A DNA stretch of 36,228 bases from a virus (Duplodnaviria; Caudoviricetes): positions 1 through 36,228 of IMG/VR virus record IMGVR_UViG_3300032212_000086; one strand, 5' to 3'. A program made the position numbers and the translations under genes. Under the pieces are notes generated by a model that worked only from the letters and a program-made list of their open reading frames with translations, made no database searches and was not told where the DNA came from. The number at the start of each line of letters is the position of its first letter. The stretch's first letter is position 1. This document shows positions 33,162 through 36,228 of the stretch, piece by piece.

Positions 33162-33791
33162 ATGGGTTTCGGAATTGGATCAGCACTGAGTTTTGGTGCA
33201 AGCCTATTATCAAATAAAAGTCAAAAAGGTGCGGTGAAAACCTCACAAAAGGCACTTAGTGACTATGCTGAGAAAGCGCGTGAGGATTACCTCAAATACT
33301 ACGATATTGCCATGGAGAAAACAGACCCTTGGGCAGAAGCGGGTGTGTCGGCAAACGATATCTTTAAGAAAGCGGTGCTTGAAGGTGACTATTCTGCATT
33401 TGAAACATCACCTGGTTATCAGTTCCGTCAGGATGAAGCTCAAAAGGGCGTAGAGAGAAGCGCGGCAGCTCGTGGTGGCGTATTGTCGGGCAATGCTTTG
33501 AAAGGAATCACGCAATACTCACAGGACATTGCAAGCGGAGAATATAACAACTGGCTTAATCAGGTTTATCAATTATCTAATCAGGGCTTGGGAGCCTCAG
33601 AAAACCAAGCCGCCCGCTCTATGGATTTAGCCCGCTCTCTCGATGATGTTGGATACACATTAGCGACAGGGACAGCGAAGAACGCAGCTGCAAAAGGTGA
33701 AATAGCCTCCAACAAATACAACGACTTCGGCTCTTTGGTTGGGGGGCTAGACTTCGGGAAAATTGGATCAGCAATTGGAGGGTTCTTCTAA
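33162..33791 (+). CDS. DNA ejection protein (P22 gp7-like)
   Basis: Gly/Ala-rich ends; FETSPGYQFR...ERSAAARGG.LSG.ALK...ASGEYNN. Confidence 0.8.
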   Translation: MGFGIGSALSFGASLLSNKSQKGAVKTSQKALSDYAEKAREDYLKYYDIAMEKTDPWAEAGVSANDIFKKAVLEGDYSAFETSPGYQFRQDEAQKGVERSAAARGGVLSGNALKGITQYSQDIASGEYNNWLNQVYQLSNQGLGASENQAARSMDLARSLDDVGYTLATGTAKNAAAKGEIASNKYNDFGSLVGGLDFGKIGSAIGGFF

Positions 33792-35056
33792 TGAATTTCG
33801 GACAACGTAACGGCACACCTTTCCAGCATTTCCTCGCAGCGCAGGAAAAGCGTGAGAACAAGAAAATCGAAGAAGAAAACCGTAAAAAAGAGCAAGAACG
33901 GTATGAAACACGACAAAAGCGTCTTGATAAGCAGGATGCTCGTGCTGACCGTGCTGAGGGGCGTAAAAATGTCCTTCATGATTTACGTGTGAAGGAATAC
34001 CAGAATAAAAACAAAAAAGACCAGCAAGAACTCTCCGTAGAGGGCATTCGGCGTGCTGGAAAGTTATTGCCTGGAATGCGAAATATCCCTATGGAACGCA
34101 GAGAAGAGGCGTGGAGAACATTCTCAGAGCAGGCAAAAAGAGACGGTGTTGATTTACCTGTTTTACAGGGCTTTGATGATGAATCTATCACGGATGCTCT
34201 GCTTTATACCGGCGCAGCAATCGACGCGACGAAGAAAGAGGGAAAACCTACATCTGTACAAAAAAACGTAAGCGAACACATGGAGCTTATGCATGGTGCA
34301 GGATGGCGTCAAAATGCAGCATTAAAGAAGAAAGCCGCAAAACTCATGGCACAGTACGCGAAAATCGACCACAAAGGGTTTGTGAGAAACCCAGACGGAT
34401 CCGTTTCACCTGTGATGGGTTACAACGACGCTTTATCTGACCAAAAGCAAGCAGAGCAAGATGGTAAGAATGAGTCCGACTTATATTATAAGCCACGTAT
34501 TAAATACGGTGAAACAGCCGCGACCAGAGACGCCACCTATGAAGCCGATAAAGCGCAAGCACGACCACGCATCGAAGCCTCTATTCGTATGAAAGCGGAT
34601 AAGATGGACAGATTGAGCCGTGAAATTGCGAAAGCGAAACAGCTATCTAGTGGTTGGTCTACGGGTGCGGGTGGTTGGATATTGAAAAACCTTCCTGCGA
34701 CACAGGCGAACGACCTTGAGGGGACGTTGACAACCATTAAAGCGAATATGGGTTTTGATGAGTTGCAAGCAATGCGAGACGCATCTCCGACAGGTGGAGC
34801 GGTTGGTCAGTTGTCAGAGCGAGAATTGACTTACTTGCAGTCTCTTGCTGTGGACTTGGAACAGTCACGAACACAAGAGATGTTTGAAAGAAACCTTGCG
34901 ATTTTGGAAGAGGAAACCCAGAAATCATGGCAGCGTGTTCTCGAAGCATATGAGCAAGAATATGGGGAACCATACAAAGGCCGTGTTCATAAGAACGCAA
35001 AGCCAGCAGGAAAAAAACGCAAAGTTTACAATCCGGCGACAGGAGAGTTCGAATAA
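33791..35056 (+). CDS. DNA ejection protein (gp20-position)
   Basis: Helical, charged; IKAN.GFDELQAMRDASPTGGA.GQLSERE motif; between gp7-like and the large ejection gene. Confidence 0.7.
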   Translation: MNFGQRNGTPFQHFLAAQEKRENKKIEEENRKKEQERYETRQKRLDKQDARADRAEGRKNVLHDLRVKEYQNKNKKDQQELSVEGIRRAGKLLPGMRNIPMERREEAWRTFSEQAKRDGVDLPVLQGFDDESITDALLYTGAAIDATKKEGKPTSVQKNVSEHMELMHGAGWRQNAALKKKAAKLMAQYAKIDHKGFVRNPDGSVSPVMGYNDALSDQKQAEQDGKNESDLYYKPRIKYGETAATRDATYEADKAQARPRIEASIRMKADKMDRLSREIAKAKQLSSGWSTGAGGWILKNLPATQANDLEGTLTTIKANMGFDELQAMRDASPTGGAVGQLSERELTYLQSLAVDLEQSRTQEMFERNLAILEEETQKSWQRVLEAYEQEYGEPYKGRVHKNAKPAGKKRKVYNPATGEFE

Positions 35057-36228
35057 TGCCAATTATCGAAGTAGAGGGACAGGAGTACGAGTTTCCTGAC
35101 AGCATGAGTGATGACGAGATAAAGTCAGTCCTGCGTGAGAAATTCCCTGCACCATCTCAACCACAAGAGACAGCACAGCCTAGCTCTAACCTAGGTGAGG
35201 TTATCACAGACCAGTTTGACCAAGGCATGTCCTTCGGATTTGGTGATGAGTTAAATTCCTTTTACGGAGCGGCTTCTGATGCTATATTAGGGAAAGAAAA
35301 ATTCTCTAAGTCATATGATAAACGTCAAGATTTACAACATGCGACGTTATCACAACAGCAAAAAGACCACCCGTATATATCTGGTGCGTCACAAATCGCA
35401 GGAGGCGTATTTGCAGGAGGAGCAGCAGGAACAGCAATCAAAGGGACAAGAGCAGGAATGCGAACCCTTGATGCTATTAGGAATCTGTCTCAGACACAAA
35501 AAGCCCATGTTCTTGGAACTTCGGGGGCGTTGGCCACTTCTGCGTATACGGTTGGGGAAGCGCGAGATATGGCAGAAGCAAAGCGAAACCTCCCCAATGC
35601 CGCCGGAACTGGTTATACTGTGGGCGTGCTTGCCCCTAGCGTTGCTAGCAGGGCTGATAGAGCTGTTCAGTCTGTAAAAAAACTCCCTAAATCAATTAAA
35701 AAACTAGTAACTGGTAGCGCGGATGACTTGCCCGTTGAGCAGGGTAAAGCTGTTCCGTTAAGTCGGGGTGATTACCTGCAAGATGGTGATTTGCAAAGCT
35801 TCGAGAGTTCTGCATTACGTGGAAGCCATGGAGATGGCGCAAGACGTGTTGCAACAGAATTTGCGGATAAGCAGGACGAGGTAGCGCAAGCACATTTACG
35901 TGGTATCTCTGGGAACTCTCTTGATGAGATTGATGCTGTAAGTGATGCGGTAGCAATGACGAAACAAAATAAAGCCACAATGAAACAGGCTATAAATAAA
36001 GCTTATGACACTGCAAAAGACAAAGCACAAGGTGTTGTATTCCGTTCTGAGGCGATTGGTGAGGGCTTTGCAAAACCAGTTAAGGAAATAGCGTCAGAGT
36101 TTGATTTGGGTGCGAAAGGTATGGAGAACGCAAAACGTATTGTTTCACAGATTAATCAACTTGGAACAGTTAAGCCTGGTCAGAAAATCACTGGTGTAAA
36201 GTTAAAAGCACTTGAAAAACTGCGTACA
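35056..36228 (+). CDS. Large DNA ejection protein, N-terminal part (continues at 1-970; not in ORF track)
   Basis: ATG 35056 (TAATG coupling, RBS AGGAG); MPIIEVEGQEYEFPDSMSDDEI...QGMSFGFGDEL; no stop to the window end. Confidence 0.8.
   Translation, partial: MPIIEVEGQEYEFPDSMSDDEIKSVLREKFPAPSQPQETAQPSSNLGEVITDQFDQGMSFGFGDELNSFYGAASDAILGKEKFSKSYDKRQDLQHATLSQQQKDHPYISGASQIAGGVFAGGAAGTAIKGTRAGMRTLDAIRNLSQTQKAHVLGTSGALATSAYTVGEARDMAEAKRNLPNAAGTGYTVGVLAPSVASRADRAVQSVKKLPKSIKKLVTGSADDLPVEQGKAVPLSRGDYLQDGDLQSFESSALRGSHGDGARRVATEFADKQDEVAQAHLRGISGNSLDEIDAVSDAVAMTKQNKATMKQAINKAYDTAKDKAQGVVFRSEAIGEGFAKPVKEIASEFDLGAKGMENAKRIVSQINQLGTVKPGQKITGVKLKALEKLRT
36102..36228 (+). repeat. Terminal 127-bp direct repeat (copy 2)
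   Basis: Identical to 1-127. Confidence 0.95.

Larger units (their letters stand above)
1..36228. mobile_element. Complete temperate P22-like (podovirus-type, lambdoid) phage genome, circularised, 36,101 bp unique
   Basis: Has int/attP, cI/cro, recombination, replication, terminase, P22-like portal/scaffold/coat/gp4/gp10/ejection and lysis modules. No tape measure, tail tube or host genes. Ends overlap by 127 bp and one ORF reads through the junction. Confidence 0.95.

Noticed and set aside
36102-36228. Terminal repeat as a biological direct terminal repeat
   Set aside because: It is exactly 127 bp and falls mid-gene in an ejection protein, as expected for an assembler overlap on a circular contig.
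1-36228. Alternative genetic code or stop-codon reassignment
   Set aside because: Core genes are full length in the standard code, TAA/TAG/TGA all serve as stops, and no suppressor tRNA is seen.

Overview
This window is the complete, circularly assembled genome of a temperate P22-like (short-tailed, lambdoid) phage. It has 36,101 unique bp; bases 1-127 repeat at 36102-36228. The host is most likely an alphaproteobacterium, judged from the SSB and the tRNA-Thr(GGT) attP core. Gene order: tail fibre, lysis cassette (with two nucleases inside it), intact attP, int/xis, a leftward early operon (DUF551/Lar-like genes, ssb, a stand-alone TerD flanked by small membrane genes, ninB, exonuclease, ERF), an immunity region (OL, a PemK/MazF-like toxin-antitoxin pair, cI, OR, cro), replication and nin-like genes, a highly structured late leader, terS/terL/portal, a second fibre-like gene before the scaffold, coat, and gp4/gp10/ejection proteins. 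Four observations stand out. (1) Three intergenic tRNA-like RNAs share a GCAGG/CCTG(C/T) T-stem stacked on an acceptor-like stem; one ends in ACCA and one has a pseudoknot in place of the anticodon arm. (2) A PemK/MazF-like toxin with an unrecognised partner sits between OL and cI, where lambda carries rexAB. (3) A lone TerD has a structured leader and its own terminator. (4) A needle/fibre-like gene lies inside the head cluster. All protein family calls are by-eye motif recognition, not database hits, and RNA structures were folded by hand.
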